Source: Octopus sinensis (lineage: Eukaryota). From it: a stretch of DNA of 64,000 nt. Below are positions 63,629-64,000 of the stretch, in pieces (position 1 is the first letter of the stretch; every line of letters starts with the position of its first letter). The position numbers and the translations under genes were made by a program. The stretch lies in NCBI RefSeq assembly GCF_006345805.1, contig NW_021832222.1, forward strand, positions 78,334 to 142,333, given 5' to 3'. Under the pieces are notes generated by a model. It ran no database searches and was not told the DNA's origin. It saw nothing but the letters and a program-made list of their open reading frames with translations.

Positions 63629-63680
63629 GTCGCGAGCGCTGCGAGCGACCGAGCGCAGCGAGCGATCACTCAATTTCTAG
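63629..63680 (+). mobile_element. Possible Helitron-type 3' terminus
   Basis: GC-rich hairpin CGCTGCG/CGCAGCG (63637-63660) in AT-rich DNA, with CTAG at 63677-63680; no 5' end or Rep/helicase seen. Confidence 0.4.
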
Positions 63681-64000
63681 ATGCGATCAATCAACAATTC
63701 ATAAATTGACAAATCCCCAGGCGGTATTTGGTTTTAAATATATTCGATACAAAAATTAAAATCGATGCCAAAGCAGAATGTGCTTTAAAACCGATTCATA
63801 AATAAAAATAAAATTTTAAAATTTATAATTGATATTTTAGAATAATGAGAAAAAATCTAAATGCTTCATAATTTATTAAAATGTCAAAACAAGAATCTTC
63901 TGAAGGAGCAAGCCTGTCTGCACAGTTCATTTGTGATTAGAAGACCTAATTTTAGAGATGAAACGAGAAATAGCAATGAGATCTGTCAAATTATTACCCC

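Noticed and set aside
63646-63662. 17-nt resemblance to the ColE1/pUC origin region (vector contamination)
   Set aside because: The match is short, recalled from memory and embedded in AT-rich native sequence; a hairpin plus CTAG is a simpler explanation.
1-64000. Ciliate or non-standard genetic code; prokaryotic systems
   Set aside because: TAA and TAG terminate conserved genes at the expected positions, and the genes are spliceosomal-intron-containing eukaryotic orthologues.

Overview
AT-rich eukaryotic genomic window, most likely from an animal. Compact housekeeping genes with very small GT-AG introns (most of those I could parse are 23-28 nt) alternate with intergenic blocks of mostly decayed transposons. 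Recognised host genes: RABGGTA, TBC1D31 (WD40+TBC), a UBR1/UBR2-type N-recognin, CCT7, a FERM-domain protein, dPGM-type phosphoglycerate mutase, HADH, a Rab11-type GTPase, a catalytically dead M16 (MPP-beta/UQCRC1-like) protein, B9D1 and a very divergent VPS35. There is also a spliced cold-shock-domain-like gene missed by the ORF track and one unidentified multi-exon gene. Mobile elements: four TGT...ACA-ended, 5-bp-TSD integrase-type DNA transposons (Ginger2/TDD-like), one with miniature introns in its integrase and one non-autonomous copy carrying a telomere-variant higher-order repeat. Also present are several CRE-clade RLE retrotransposon copies (two carry a related PHD-finger region), APE-type LINEs, RTE tails, two Tc1 elements, a Tigger/pogo element, hAT remnants, a tRNA-headed SINE-like repeat and a possible Helitron end. 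Tiny introns, the standard genetic code, a TTAGGG-derived repeat and ciliary genes would fit a reduced ciliated metazoan such as a dicyemid; this is inference only. All exon structures and homology calls were made by eye from memory of the families, so gene boundaries are approximate where stated.
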